Assembly (NCBI GenBank): GCA_030141605.1
Contig: JAQGDQ010000091.1
Coordinates: forward strand, 434,001-498,000
Direction of reading: 5' to 3'
DNA length: 64,000 nt
Source: Tubiluchus corallicola
Taxonomy: Eukaryota; Animalia; Priapulida
In this document: positions 12,708-27,063 of the stretch, in pieces
Position numbering within the stretch: the first letter of the stretch is position 1
Layout of the letters: every line of letters begins with the position of its first letter
Translations under genes and position numbers: made by a program
Notes under the pieces: generated by a model
What the model was told of the DNA's origin: nothing
The model's database searches: none
The model's input: the letters and a program-made list of their open reading frames with translations, nothing else

Positions 12708-14428
12708 GTGAGTAAAAAATGAGTAAAAATCAATAAAATAAACTTAAAAACACGTTAACACTTTAGTTGAGTATTTATGTTTTTCTTGGCATTTTTTGTG
12801 CTATATTTATTTACCTGAATTGCAATTTTACTGTAGAATAAATTTCATAAGTGGTACAGGGAATAATAATATATTATCAATAATCTCTATCGTAGTTCTC
12901 GATTCATTATTTCTTTTTATTAATTACAATTAATTATGTAGTAAAAATGGAAATTCTTTTAATACAGAAATGATTTTTGCTAGATTTCTCAGTTAGCCTT
13001 TTTAGTTTCTTATTTAGCTGAACTATTGAAATGGTTAAATGTTTCACATGGTTGAGTATGACTACCATTTTGTATATATTCTAAAATTAAGTATCCCTAA
13101 TTAAAATAATTGCCTCTTAATGACCAGTTTAAGAAAATCCCACTCCACACGTCCAAGCCAGGAAAAAGTCCCACCTTTCCCATGTCAGGTATGCAGCACT
13201 CAGCTAAATTATCTACACATTTGCCGAAATGACTCGCGTTCGTCAAATTATCTAAAATAACTTCGGCGGGCTTTGAAGTGGCTTGAGATACAGGAAAAGA
13301 GATATCCTCTTACTTTAATCGTTTTCACATAAATTCTGATACGAGCATCTTGATCACTTGACGTGCGAAAGCATCTAAGAGTTGAAATTTTCTCGTGTTA
13401 CTAAACGTTGTTAAATGACGATGCATATATTAATACATTCGTGTGACATCGCAATACGTTAAACGTATACTTTTGGTGCATTTTTAAAGTTATTCAGTAT
13501 TCTTATTATGGATTAAACGGTGTGATATTCCATTGTCCATTTTATACAGCGTTATATAGTACGTGTTACATGCCCATGTATTAACTGCAAATTAAGGCAA
13601 GTTAGGTAATGTGATTACATTAGTTTACAAACAACACTTACGGTAATGTACATCGAAACTACAATATTTGTAAACTGAGTGCATCTGTTAATAAATATTG
13701 TTATTATTTCTTTTCACGCTGCTAAAAATATTAATTCAAGGAGGACAAAGGTATTTAGTGTTTACTTTTGAAAAAAAGAATACAGCTGCCGGATTTCGTG
13801 TTAACTTTTCCTGAAGTTACTACGGATGCCAACATGAAGCTAAAAGTTACAAGTATTACTTTTCCAAAATTTCAAAACACTAATAAAAAGAATATACAGG
13901 ATACGAGACAAACATTTTTAAAGATCTTTACGTGCAACTTGCTGTGGTGGTGCAGTATTACTTGGATGTTTCGCAAAAACGGAATGTCACAGACTTTTAC
14001 ATTGGTGTTGCCTGCTAATTTTCGCATTTTTTTTTGAAACAATTTACCAAAACTTCAAAAGATTACAGGACGACTTTTTAAAAAGTTGAATTGCACACTT
14101 TGTAATCTTAAACGAGGGCGGGTGGTTGTTACTTTTCTCATGATAGGCTAAAATGATTTCCCAAATAGGCTAAAACTTCTCTATGAACTCTACATGACAT
14201 TGAAATATTTTTTGAAAAAATCATTTTTATATTTTCTGCATCCTAAACTATGTCTATGACGTGAAGCGTTTATCCGGCTTTCAGTACAGCAAAATTTTGC
14301 TGTATTAAGAAAGTTTAAACTGATTTCACATTTTCAAGTTTTACATTACTTTGAAAATTTATTAGAACCATAAAACAACGCAAAAGTTTATAAAATGGGG
14401 ATTTCCCGTTTTTTTGGCTTATACATAG

Positions 14429-14694
14429 GGGCGTAATTAACGCCGGAGAGCCCAGCAACAATGTGATGATGAATTCAAGAGGGTCACCCATCTACTTGGA
14501 CCCCAGAGAACAACCATTTAATCGAAGACAACGAAGACTGGTGCGAAAAAACCCCGGTAGTTTAGTGTCCATAGCAAAAGGAACTCAGAAAGCAGTTGAG
14601 GAATGTAAACATCAGTTTCATGACAGGAGATGGAATTGCCCAACGTTTGATGGAGATCATGGGAAATCGATTTTTGGACCAATACTGAAGAGAG
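14429..14694 (+). CDS. Wnt1: Wnt1 exon 2
   Basis: Acceptor catag ending 14428, donor gtaggc at 14695. Encodes GVINAGEPSNN...RRQRRLVRKNPG...ECKHQFHDRRWNCPT...IFGPILKR-G. Confidence 0.94.
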
Positions 14695-16838
14695 GTAGGC
14701 ATAATTGTTTAACCAAATTGTTTTCTAGTACCAATACGTAGACTATTTATGTAGTTGACAAATATTCCATTTGAAATCGCTTTCAATACATTTTCTAATT
14801 TACAAACTGAGGCATTTGTCTAATGATTACTAGTAACTAAAGCAAGTCATGCAGCAAAAAACGAATATAAGTGCTCAGAAATTAAGGTTGTAGAATTACT
14901 AAAAATTATTTCTTCCATTATTATTTGTATACACATGTATCACATCTCATGTTAATTGGCTTGCTGCAATCTGATCTGCCTTAATTTACTGCATGATTCA
15001 GTAACTTGACAATATAGTTCATGCAGTAGCAAATCTTCGTGCCCTTTATTATATGCAGCTGTTTAGGATACGCCAGAATTAATTTTTTCTGTAGTCGTAG
15101 CCAAATGGTATTGTGCAATAACTTCATAACTGGGTGTTTGATAATTTTGCAATGAAATATTTTTTCGCCATTTGTAACAACAAGCAAATTTAGATATAAG
15201 CTTATTGACTTTATGGAATTCGTTTTTCGATAATCTCTCGAAAACAGCACTTATTAACGAAACTACTTGACTTTTAAAATTGTGAGAAACACTTGTGCGA
15301 CTAACAGACCAAGACAAGTATGTGCAGAGAAAATTCTCGACAAAATAGAAGCATCTTCAGAAAACGGGGTGCTAAAACGTTTCCAATTTTGCAAACATGC
15401 ACCAAAGTACATGAAAATACTACAAATCTGAAGAGAGTTTAGTAATCTGCAGGGGATTTTTTTAATATTAAGTGACATAAAATTAAATTAAGATTTTAAC
15501 ATAAGTTAAAATTGTGCTAATTAACTAAACAATTGTAATTAATTAACTAATTAACAAAGGTTGCTTATAATTTTTTGTTTCGAACCACGGACATTAAACT
15601 AATCATCCTACAAAATTTCACTTCAATTTGATAAATACTTTTGAAATTAAAAAATGTGACGGGCACAGTGAGCGAGTGAAGGACTGAAGGATCACCATTT
15701 TTTCTTGATTGAATATGACAAGCTGCCGGAAAATAATTATATTTGTAAACTACACTATTAGTATTGATTCATTTTAAACACGTGATTAATATAATTATAA
15801 TGGCTATTAAAGCTCAAGAACATGTATATATAGTTGGCGACGTTTGTGCTTATGTATATAAATACCTCGACACGATTCATTCTGTTTACTGTAAACAAAC
15901 TCACATACCTAACTGACTCATAAACTTAATGCTGACAAGTTTAATAAATTTTCCTTCTTTTTTTCTTTTTTTCGAGGATAGCCTGCAACTAGACGATTAT
16001 TTTATAAGTTATGAATATTATTTTGTAAAAGTGCACGTTTATAAACAGCTATAGATTTTTAATATAAAATTTCAACATCATGCAGCCTTTACGCCGCTTT
16101 GTAAGCAAAATATTTTCAATGGACAACTTCGAGTGGCGTACTGCCTAATTTGTTTCTCAAAAATTTATCGAAAGACGTTCATCACACACGCATAAAGCTA
16201 TATATAAATAAAGTATTTATGGAATGTTCTTATCGAGGCGAATACCAGAGAATTATGATAAGAGGACATGCACATTGTACAGATACAGTCGTTGTATACT
16301 GTCTGCACGAGTGAATGGCTTCCACTTATTTGCAGCCAAGAGGTTAACATTTTCAGAAAAATATGCATGAAGATTATTTTTATGAGCAAAATCGCTGCGT
16401 ATAAAATAACCTGTGTAAGCAGAAATTTGCCTTTTCCAACACGCAGTTTTTCTTCATTTACTTGCGTGACTTAAAATACATCTCACGTTTAATTTAAATA
16501 AATTTTTCCACAACAACTAGTAAGTGCAACATTGCTATGTATCGGTAAACACATTTGGCATTTAAATATAAAATAATGTTTATTACTAACTATGGAAGCA
16601 CTGTAATTGTTTTCGAAATTGAAAAGAAGTTTATGGCAACTTAAACAATGAGTGTTCGACATGCTAATACTACATAGTTTTTTCTTCAATTAGGTTCAGA
16701 AATAGCCGAACTGAAAACTTTTATAATTGTTTTACTTATCTAAAATAAGAAAGCTTATTATTTTTGATGAAAAACAATATGAATTTCATATTTTTGTAAA
16801 TAGAATTGAGGTTTTTGTTAGTTTAAAATAACGGCTAA

Positions 16839-17003
16839 TATATAATATACATATCTGTATATATATATATATATATATTATATTATATTATATTATATTA
16901 TATTATATTATATATATATATATATATATAATATACATATCTGTATATATATATATATATATATTATATTATATTATATTATATTATATTATATTATATA
17001 TAT
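16839..17003. repeat. Tandemly duplicated (TA)n/(TATTA)n block
   Basis: Two units of about 80-85 bp, each beginning ataatatacatatctg followed by TA and TATTA runs. Confidence 0.9.
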
Positions 17004-20000
17004 AAAACTAAAGATAGGGCATTCATGGTAAAACCATCTTTTATGTGTTAAAAATGTACACACGTAGAATCTAGATCTAGACTTTTTATATAGTGGTAAA
17101 TTAAAGACATTTTACAGACAATAGTGACATAATACAAAACCAAAATGATAACAATGTAAGTACATAGGTTTTAAAAAATAGTTGAATTGCATAAGTATGT
17201 AAAAGTAATGTAAGTTAAGTAAAATCAAAAATAAAAATCTATTAAATGTTTAATAAAAACATTCAAAAAATGTAATATTAAAAAACCGTTTACCGTGTGA
17301 GAAAAATAAATTGCGTATCCTTTTCAGTGTATATGTATATATACATATTTACATATATATGCATGAGTATGAGCATATAATATGCACATTTTTAACTACA
17401 GACACTGTAAGTCCTTCACTTGCGAGATCCTCTTTTTTACACGCCAACGTTATTTACAATCGTTTTAACTTTTCCAGGACCACTAAACTTCGTTCTTCTA
17501 TAGTAGCAGCAATTTATGATCAAATTGAAATACTGCGCATACATTGACGTATTCTTGATGATCAACTTTATTATTCTTACAGTATTTGCTGTTAGAGGTT
17601 TCGTTTATTATTCGTACATTTGTTTTTTGTCGGTGATTGCTGTTCAATAGTTCAAAAGAAAATAAAAAAAAAACGAAAAAAGGATCAAGGTGAGACGATT
17701 CTGCACGCACCTTGCACAGTAGACGCAAAAACTTTAGTGATGTGACTTCGGGTGGTGCTGGCTTGTAAGATATTCTTCTGAGTTTATTTTCTAGGTTATT
17801 TTGGGGATTTTTGTATTTGCAGCTTTGTATCCTGCTATTACTTGATTCGTGTTCGTCCACCGATAATCTCTCTCAAACCATCTGCTCAAGAAGACCGGAT
17901 AGCGTTGCTTCACTAAAATCTGTTCCCAAGTGGGATGTCCAAGTTTGATTGCACAACTCTTTACAGTTTTTAAGTTGTAACTCACCTGCCACCTTTGACT
18001 TTGAACCTAAAACTCCGGCTAGCACTATATGAACTAAAAGTTTATACACCTAGCTAGGCAACTTTTGATTTGTAGGCTTCTGTTTCTGTGATTGTTGCTG
18101 TTGACCTAAAGCCTTAGCAAAAGTTCGAGAAAAAGCTATAAAAATAAAAATTGATATGTAAATAAGAACGAGTTCTATCGTTAGAAATCGTCAATAATTT
18201 TAAATGTACATACGTTCTTCAAAATACATGTATGTGCATAATTTAGTAAGCATTCCTTAAATCTTACAGTTTGCAAAATTGAAGATAAATTTATTGTAAA
18301 TTGATAATCATGCTTGCTTGACCTATTAGCAATTTGGACAGGATAATACATTTGAGCAACTGATATTGGCGACAGGAAGATGACGTTCAGTCAACGCAAT
18401 GTCAGCATTAAATCTTTCAGTCACGCAAGCATTTCGCAGAATACTAATTATAAAATATTGTCTCTAACAAAACCTTGAAACTATCCTGCGAAAATACAAA
18501 AAAGAAGGAAAAGGCAGGAAATTTTCAAAAATACCTGTGTTACAGTTCTTTGGAGTTTTTATCTAGGATGACAAGCTGTAAAATCTAAATAAACTGTATT
18601 TATTTTTGCGTTCACTGCCACGGTCTTTGCTAGGGTTTTTTCGTTTATGTTCTGTTTGTCAGTTGTGGTTCACTTAAGATTCTGTTGTCTGACTAGATTA
18701 CCGAAGCTTCTTAAGCATCTACTATCAGTTCGCTCATTGTCTTATGGTATATATTGCTGGAGTATATGATTACAGTTTTATTACTTTTTTCTTTCTTCTC
18801 AATAAAGCAATTTTAGACATTGGGCAATTCATACACAATTTCAATTGTTTAGACATGTTAAATATTTTTAAGCTGATTATTAGGCTTGTTTCTTGTAATT
18901 ATAACATTGAATAGGGTTCTAAGATTCCTACTTCATTAGTCAAACTTAAACTATTTGTCCACCGGCTATAACTTGCTAAATTTGCCTTTCGAGAGTCTCA
19001 TTATTTTCGCCTGATTGGCTTTCCGATGCTGCTTACAAGACCTGCTTTTCTTGTTTAGAGGTAATTCGCCATGTTTGCAAGAAAAAGGCTTCAGCTTAAA
19101 TCCGGTCTAAACGTTGCAGATATCCGTCAAGTAATTGAAAACATTTTGTGCCCAGAAGCAAAATTTCAATTGAGTTGAAACGAGAGACCGGGTTCATGTG
19201 AACAGGAAGATCCCCACGTGGAAGCGGTGTCACTTTTTCCTCTGTAATATTCGCCTATATAACTACTTGGGGAAGTCTTTTATGAGCAAGTTCTTACGTC
19301 ATGTATTAAACATCCTCCGAGAACAAAATATTATACTCGCAACACTGCAAACGACTTATTCATTTGAAAAGCTCTAACTGTTGTGTTTGTATAACATCAT
19401 TGTGTTCTTTTCTTTTCTTGGTTGTGTAGAATAGTTAATGGATCAACAACAAATTTATCTTGGTAAAATCTCAGTCTTAAATAAAATTCCACACTCCTAT
19501 GTTTTGTAAAATATTGTTTCAAACAACACTTTGCTAAAATTAAGAAAGGGTTGGAAATTTTCAGAAATGCATGTGTTATGTACTGCACGCCAGAGTTTTT
19601 ATCTAAGAGGAACAGCTGCATAAAACATATTCATTGCTAAAACGTTTTGTGATTTTAAATAATACGAATATGTTTTATACAATTATTTTGTGCCATTCTC
19701 TTTATTCTAACAAGTGATATTTTTAATATAAATTTATAAGTACCACAATTTAAATATATACTTGACCTTACATGGGAAATGTAACATGTAAACTAAAGAG
19801 AAATCCTTCTTACTCGCGCCTTCACTCAATTTCTGTCTGTAGAGTTTTAATACAACGTGGTTGAATGAATAAATAAATAAACTAATTGACTCATTGATTT
19901 TTTTAATGACATGCTCGTATTATTTTTCTCTGTAAAGTTATATAATTTCTATGTATTGTTTTCTAGATTAAGTGCGTTTCAAACGGCAGCTCTCAGTTGT

Positions 20001-21253
20001 CTAGCTGATGCCTACCAGGTCATAACATCGGGCTAATTTCTAGCCTGATGTTGATTCTACTAATAAAAAATAACAACTGAAAATGAACTACTTTGTCAAA
20101 AAAGCCAACTTTTAAAATCCTTATAGAATAGTAAAAACATTTGTACAAATGTTTTGTGAGTGCAATGAGCGAAAGCATGATATGATTATCTACCTACCTC
20201 TGATACGGATATTAAAACCTGCTAATTAATTTGAAAAGGAGAGCGTGTATAAAATACAGTTTAACTGCAGGATTAAAATGATAAACCTACCATACTACCA
20301 TACGCTTTTTTAAAACATCTACAGTACATGCTGCTAAAGCTAAAATACCAAGGCAAGTTTAGTTGGGTTAGGTATTTAAAATCCCTGTTTACTGCGCGTG
20401 CCTAAGTGTTAGGATATGCGTATATTATCCAGTGTCAATTGGCTGCTCATCTTTACTCACCTGATTAAAAAATTAAATTATTTGCACTGCAAGCATTTCG
20501 ACAAGGAGATTGTTATATAAACCCTTAAATCTGTCTTTGTAGTTTGTAAACGATGCGTTTAAAATGTCTGTTATGCCACAGAACAAATGGCGGGTTTTCT
20601 TTTTGCTTGACAAAAAACCACAATCAAAAAACGAGAAAAATTCTGGTCCTCTCACATTGCACAATGCCTCAGCCAGAAAACTGCATATTTTTATTTGTGT
20701 TTTAGGTTTTCAGGCGTACTGTGGCATTTTGTTATTTAATAATCTCGAAAATTGGTTCCCGATTTACTTTAATTTTTTTCAAAAAATTATTAATATGAAT
20801 TTCGGTTTTGAATACTAGACAAGTCTGTTTGCAAATCACAAAATGTTTTAAATTTAGATCATTTATAACATGTATTTGCAAGAATTCAAAATAATTTATT
20901 TCTTTTATTTGACATAAGCCCAATGTGTGTGAAAATGTCACTTCATTACGTGTTCCATTTTTTAACCACATATTGTTGAAAAATTTATAAATAAATTTGT
21001 AGGCTATATAATAACTACGTAGACTGATTTTATATTGGTCAGTTAGTGGGTCGGATGTTTTGCTGCTGTTTGACTGAGTGTTTGGTCGACTGATCGCCGA
21101 ATGACCATTGATTAGTCAAATTAATTTTGTCGTTTTATGTGATCTGATTAGTCTTTTCCTTCACATAGTTATTACGTTCGTCCATTCGTTCATCCAGTTT
21201 TCAATGTTCATTCCTTTATTCACATGAATTTCAAAATGTTTGTGCATTTACAG

Positions 21254-21519
21254 GTTGTAGAGAAACAGCGTTCATTTACGCAATTACCAGCGCTGGGGTG
21301 GCCTACTCTGTTGCACGAGGATGCAGCGAAGGTAGTATAGACTCTTGCACCTGTGACTATACCAAGAAGGGTCCAAATGGGCCTGATTGGCAGTGGGGAG
21401 GTTGTAGTGACAACGTGGAATTCGGGTTCAAATTTTCTCGCAAATTCGTAGACGCGGCAGAAAGGGGAGACGATATCAGATATAAAATGAATCTGCATAA
21501 TAATAAAGCAGGACGAAAG
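21254..21519 (+). CDS. Wnt1: Wnt1 exon 3
   Basis: Acceptor tacag ending 21253, donor gtaaga at 21520. Encodes [15 protein letters not shown]...[10 protein letters not shown]...[11 protein letters not shown]. Confidence 0.96.
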
Positions 21520-24500
21520 GTAAGAAAATAGTGTAAGCATTTTTCAAACAGACACTCAAATTAAAATGTATTAAAAACACAACTTTTTCACTAAAAACTG
21601 GGCTTTCTTATACTTCCACGATACTTTGTTTTCAGAATGTCACAGTTGTGTTAGTTCGTTAATGTACTCAGAAATAGAAGCATGTTTATCGTATTCATCA
21701 TACTCAAAACAAATTAGACGTGTACTCATTAATCACTATGAGCAGCTTAGGAAAGGATATTAAGAACTTTTCTACATACCATGAAACCACTTTTACACAT
21801 ATAAAACGTAAAACTTCTTGCTAACAAATGGAAAAAATATTAAGCCGTTATACTATTTTCGCCAAACAGCTCAAAGTGAGCTTATGTATCATAAGACACT
21901 TGAAATTACTGTTCTTTTTCAAATACCAATGCGCACTATTTGTAACTAATATTGTTTTCCTTATTTCAGTTACCTTAATATAGGATTCAAATTCGACTAT
22001 TACTTTTTGCAAAATTATGCACTTTTGCTTCAAGCATGATTTGCTGAAAAAGAAAAAGTAAAAAATGCCTGCTTGTAGCGTAGACGTGCAGTAACAAAAA
22101 GAAGCACAAATTTGGCAAGAATTTTTTTTATAAAATTTAATTGAATTTTTCCAGCTCTTACAATTTTTCATTTAAATTTTGTTTTAAAGCTAAACAATTT
22201 ATTTTTGTTTCAGTATAGTAGGTAAAACCTGCTTAAATTTCTATAGCTCACATTCATTTGATTCCGGTGCGTAGGAGGATAGCTAGTATTTATTCACGAA
22301 CAATTAACTTTAAATTATTATAGACTGTAAACTCAATGTTAATAACATTAGCTCTAAGTATGCTATGCTGCTGGCCTTTTAGGTAATTGCTCTGACGAAT
22401 CTTTTGTGCAATTACTGTAAACGCTGAATAAATGGGCTATAATCTAGTATAGTACAAACTGTGTAGGAGATACGGATCTGCATACCTCCGCACCCGTAGG
22501 GTATAGGTTGGGAAAAATAATCGATGTAACCAAAACTGTCTGAAAAATTTGTGAGTTTGGGTAGCGTGCACATATCTGCCAAGCAACGGATAATTTTGGA
22601 ATGCCTTTCTGGTTAATTATCAATAGTTTTTGATTTTTTTAAACACTGTTGTAGTAAAAAACGTGCGTGTTAGCTGGTAAAGTAGTTCCTAAAAACTTTC
22701 TTTACTGTTTAAATAGGAATTGATTACTGACTGTCCTAGTATTAGGGTGCATGCGTGGTAATGGGCGATCACTGGTCAAGCCTGCTACATGCAACTGACC
22801 CTTAGTGGTTGAACTTTAACGTCACCAGTGCGTTAATTTAAACTTATTTAAATTCGCTTATTTAGGTTTTTTACAATTATTTTGCAATTTTAACAGTTAT
22901 ATATTTATATGTAGTGACAAGTAATACTAAAACTAATTATCGGCACATAATAATAATGTAAATATTGAAAACTACCAAAAACTAACTGTTACTAAACAAA
23001 ATTTTTCTTTTAGGCCTATAATATTAATTTGCAGATTATTAATTAGTGGAGAAATAAACCATTGATTATCGAATTTGTAAAACCAAACCTGTCCGAAAGA
23101 AAGACAAAAAATTCTACTCGGCCTGGACTACACCAAAAATTCTTGGATGACGGATCCCAACGCAATAAGTGGTCTACTGGACAAAGCGCATACTAGCAAT
23201 CGAAATGTCTCTGTTTCAAATTCAAACTCAATGTTGAGTTTTTTAGATTCCTTTCGTAGTACAAGTTTGATTTTATAAATTCAGTAACTCTGAGTTTATT
23301 CTGTTACATTACCAGATAAAGGTACATACAATGCTTTGACATTCCCACGGTGTTAAGCAATCAAGTGCTTTCATTTTCGCACTATCACACTGGATTTACC
23401 TGATTTATATGTTTTAACAACGGCAAGACAGCAGTTAACGTGTCATGCTTAAAATTAACGTTCACAGAAAAGGGCATCTCGATACAAGAAGCTACACAGT
23501 GAAACGCACCAGAAATAAATAAACGTTCATGTGTTACATTCAAATGATGGATGTTAATATCAGCAATGTTTAGTAAACGGTTGTAAATGTGTATGTAGCT
23601 AACTTCTGTGTACGTATTCTGAGGTGCAGCCAAACTATTGCTCAACACATACGCTAGATTAGTTAACTTTCATCACGTTATATCCAAGCCTTATTATCAG
23701 TCTAGTCAAATTTTATTAGAAGCCAATCGGACCCTGTCATCTTTTGCTCAGTGAAGGTTTGTTGCTGGATTAGATCTTTTCTCACTACTTTTTTGCGGAA
23801 TGTGTTCTCTTGATGTCTTTTCATAGGTTACCAAAGCCAACGTACTCGTTTGTTGCTATACTTATTTAAATGTTACACTGGGCGTTTCTAGATCTATTAA
23901 AACCGCTTGTAAATGCAGTTTTCTCTGCTTAATAAAACTTTGTTTGCTTCAGGAAGACCACTAATATCTACGTCTTACCAATATAACTTTGGCTTTAATA
24001 ATTCGTTTTTCTGTGCTTATGTTTATGTTCTCATTTTTTAAGCATAGTTCCTTATCTGACTATCACTGGCTTTATATTAAATTAAATGGCGGGACGCGGT
24101 TATACAAATACTAGTAAATGTGCAGTTTTAAGAATTTCCTTTCAAAACAAATGTTTTTTCCAGAAACATAAATTTTCCCAAATTAGACAACATTCCTAAA
24201 TGTTTGTAAAATGCTTATACTTGCGTCAGTCATAAAAATAAGCCATCTCTATTATTATGATTAAACAAAATTTAATTTGAAGTTCCAGCTTCTATGAAAT
24301 GGTTTTTATGCACAGGGCGACGACATCATGGTAATCCATTGTTTTAAACTTGCATCTTCGAAACCAGAAGATGACTGTATGACCTTGGCTGGGCCTACAT
24401 GTATATATTTCTTATGCAAATGCAATAAGGATGATTATGTATTACTAATTTAGTTCAAGCAAATTCATTTACTATTTCTTACATAGTGTTTTTTTCATTT

Positions 24501-24593
24501 GTTGACTAATTATGCGGAGTAATGACTAATTATGACTAGTTAACCTACCGAAAAGATTTTTATAATTTCAAATTGATTTTATTTTTCTCACAG

Positions 24594-24751
24594 CATGTAA
24601 ACGGTGATATGAAACAAGAATGTAAATGTCATGGCATGTCGGGTAGCTGCACTGTGAAGACATGTTGGATGCGGTTACCTCAATTCCGGGAGATAGGAAC
24701 AAGAATCAAAGATCGCTTTGATGGAGCGTCAAGGGTCACGATAGGAAATAG
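24594..24751 (+). CDS. Wnt1: Wnt1 exon 4
   Basis: Acceptor cacag ending 24593, donor gtaagt at 24752. Encodes [29 protein letters not shown]...[13 protein letters not shown], including the palmitoleoylation serine. Confidence 0.95.
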
Positions 24752-26107
24752 GTAAGTAAATTTCTGCCTTTGGCATGATACGATGTGTTATGTTACGATA
24801 CGATATAACAGAATAATATATAATACAATGCAATATATATGAAAGAATGACCTTAGACAGATGTACGGTGTCAAGAGTCGGTATATATGGTGACGAACAT
24901 AGCAGTACAACATTTGCAGTTTCTTATCTTAATAAAACATATTTGTGTTAGGAATTTTTCAGATTGTATGCTTGTCAACACATTTTACAGGTGCAAAGTG
25001 TTACAATAACAAATGTTTCTGCATTATCATTATAATTCTGTGCCATATGAAGTTTACCTCGACTGATTTTTACTACAAAAAGTGACTCTTGCCTTTTCTA
25101 CAGGCTAAGAGTATTCTTAAATGCAATGCAATACTGGGACGGTTCATGATTTGCAGACTGCGTATAGAATCCACAGATATCTAGGCATTAGCGGCATGAT
25201 ATCGTTGCATGTATCTGCTTTCTGATCAACATTCCAAACCATTCCAATACGAACTCTCTAGATTCGTATGTAACCGTTCTGATTCTTAAACGCTTACTTT
25301 TATACGACAGGAAGCATCCAGGCCAGCCTAGCATTTATCTGTCAAACAGTTAATAAAAATTGATATGCGTGCTAGCATCATCTGGGATTTGGAAACTGAC
25401 GTATCTCTAAGGTTGTTAACGGGTTCACACGTGAAATTAATAAGTTTAGTTTTTTACACCTAAATGATGGTAAAATCAAAGCATTATTTTTTAGATAATC
25501 CAAAGATGTGACACACGAAAGACTGCGAAAATGGCTTCATTTGTCTTACAGCTGATTTCTAATGCTATTAAATACTTACTATTTTTACTACTTTTGAAGA
25601 GGCTATACTCGTGACTGCTTTTTCGGGATATTTCTAAGATTCAAGATTGTTTCACGACACATTTTAGAACACTAGGCATTGCATCTTACACAATTTACAA
25701 TAATAACTTACAACGTAGGAGAAATCTATTAAACAATGTAATTTTTGCAAGACAATCAAAATCAAAGCTTGTGACGATGTCCTGCTAAGTGAAATTTTAA
25801 CTAGTACGATTATAAATATTTACAAATAGTGACAGAGAAGACTTACATGCATTAGGTTCAAACTACATCTTTCACTTCGCAGTCTTTGCAGAAATAGTTT
25901 GTTGATTAGTTTTTGTGACAGTTTGAAAGTCTTAACCTGGATGATTAATCAGAAAATTAAGGTCACGGGAATGATGTGGAAAACAAAGTACAAATTATGA
26001 ACAGTTATAGTTAAAAAATCAACGTTAACTTATTGCTAGTATTTTTATGTTATACCAACAAATTATAAAACAACCTATATGTATATAAACTTCTTACTTA
26101 TTCACAA

Positions 26108-26262
26108 TGTTTCGAGATATGCATGTCTTCTTCAAATGTTCTTGAAACAGCCGCATCCTTCCACTACGCCAGCAGAATGGCACTTTTTAGCAGGTTACAG
26201 GCGTAGAGGGTGTCTACCACTGCTCCAAGAACACCTGAGGAAGACATGCATATGTTGAATTA
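26108..26262. repeat. Inverted repeat (37-bp arms, 81-bp spacer), Penelope/hammerhead-like
   Basis: Arm 26108-26144 and arm 26226-26262 match at about 30 of 37 positions as reverse complements. Confidence 0.7.
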
Positions 26263-26729
26263 TTGTTTAAAAATAAGCAATTTATACCACCTACTTGTTC
26301 CATAATTTGTGTGTAACGTATAATGACACTAATTTGGCACATCCAAATAACATAAAAGGTAAAATCACAAGCGTTAAATAACAACAATAATAATTTTTTT
26401 ACCTCATCATATCTATTCAAACCTTATTTCAGACTGTTTCATTTCACTTCTGCATTGTAGGATTTTTTGTATCACTAGTTATTGATATTTCATTTTCATT
26501 TAGGCCTTCAGTGCTACGTTTACAAATGCTATACAATTTTCATAGACTTTCCCAGTACGACTTAAATCAATTTAATTTACAGGAAATACAGTTCAATATA
26601 ATGTACTGCAGTTGATTTCTGAAGCATTCTTCTTCAATAATTAGAAAAGATGTTCGTTTTTTGTTAGTAGATGGCGCTTGTATAGTGTATATATAGGAAA
26701 TTTTTATCGAACTGTTATTTATTTTTTAG

Positions 26730-27063
26730 CGGAAACAGCAATAGGGCACGCCGAAAATTAAAGTGGTACATGGAACCTTACAATCGCCATCACAAACCGC
26801 CCACTAGGCGAGACTTAGTCTACATAGAAAACTCGCCGAACTTTTGCGACGAGAACGCCAAACACGGGTGGAACGGAACGAAACACAGGGAATGTAACGC
26901 CACCTCCATAGGCGTCGATGGCTGTGATCTCATGTGCTGCGGGAGGGGGTACACAAGCAGGGAGATAGAAGTCGTGGAACGGTGCAACTGTACTTTTGAG
27001 TGGTGCTGCCAGGTAAAATGTGAAATCTGCAGATCGAAAAAGATGGTGCACACTTGTTTATAA
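26730..27063 (+). CDS. Wnt1: Wnt1 exon 5 (last)
   Basis: Acceptor ttttag ending 26729. Encodes GNSNRARRKLKWYMEPYNRHHKPP...CNCTFEWCCQVKCEICRSKKMVHTCL then TAA. Confidence 0.95.

Larger units (their letters stand above)
12607..27063 (+). other. Wnt1: Wnt1/wingless gene span; CDS join(12607..12707,14429..14694,21254..21519,24594..24751,26730..27063), 1125 nt, 374 aa
   Basis: Five exons splice in frame. Wnt1-diagnostic motifs: [106 protein letters not shown]. Confidence 0.96.

Noticed and set aside
25518-25887. 12-bp inverted repeat AAAGACTGCGAA as MITE ends
   Set aside because: No target-site duplication and no extension of the arms.
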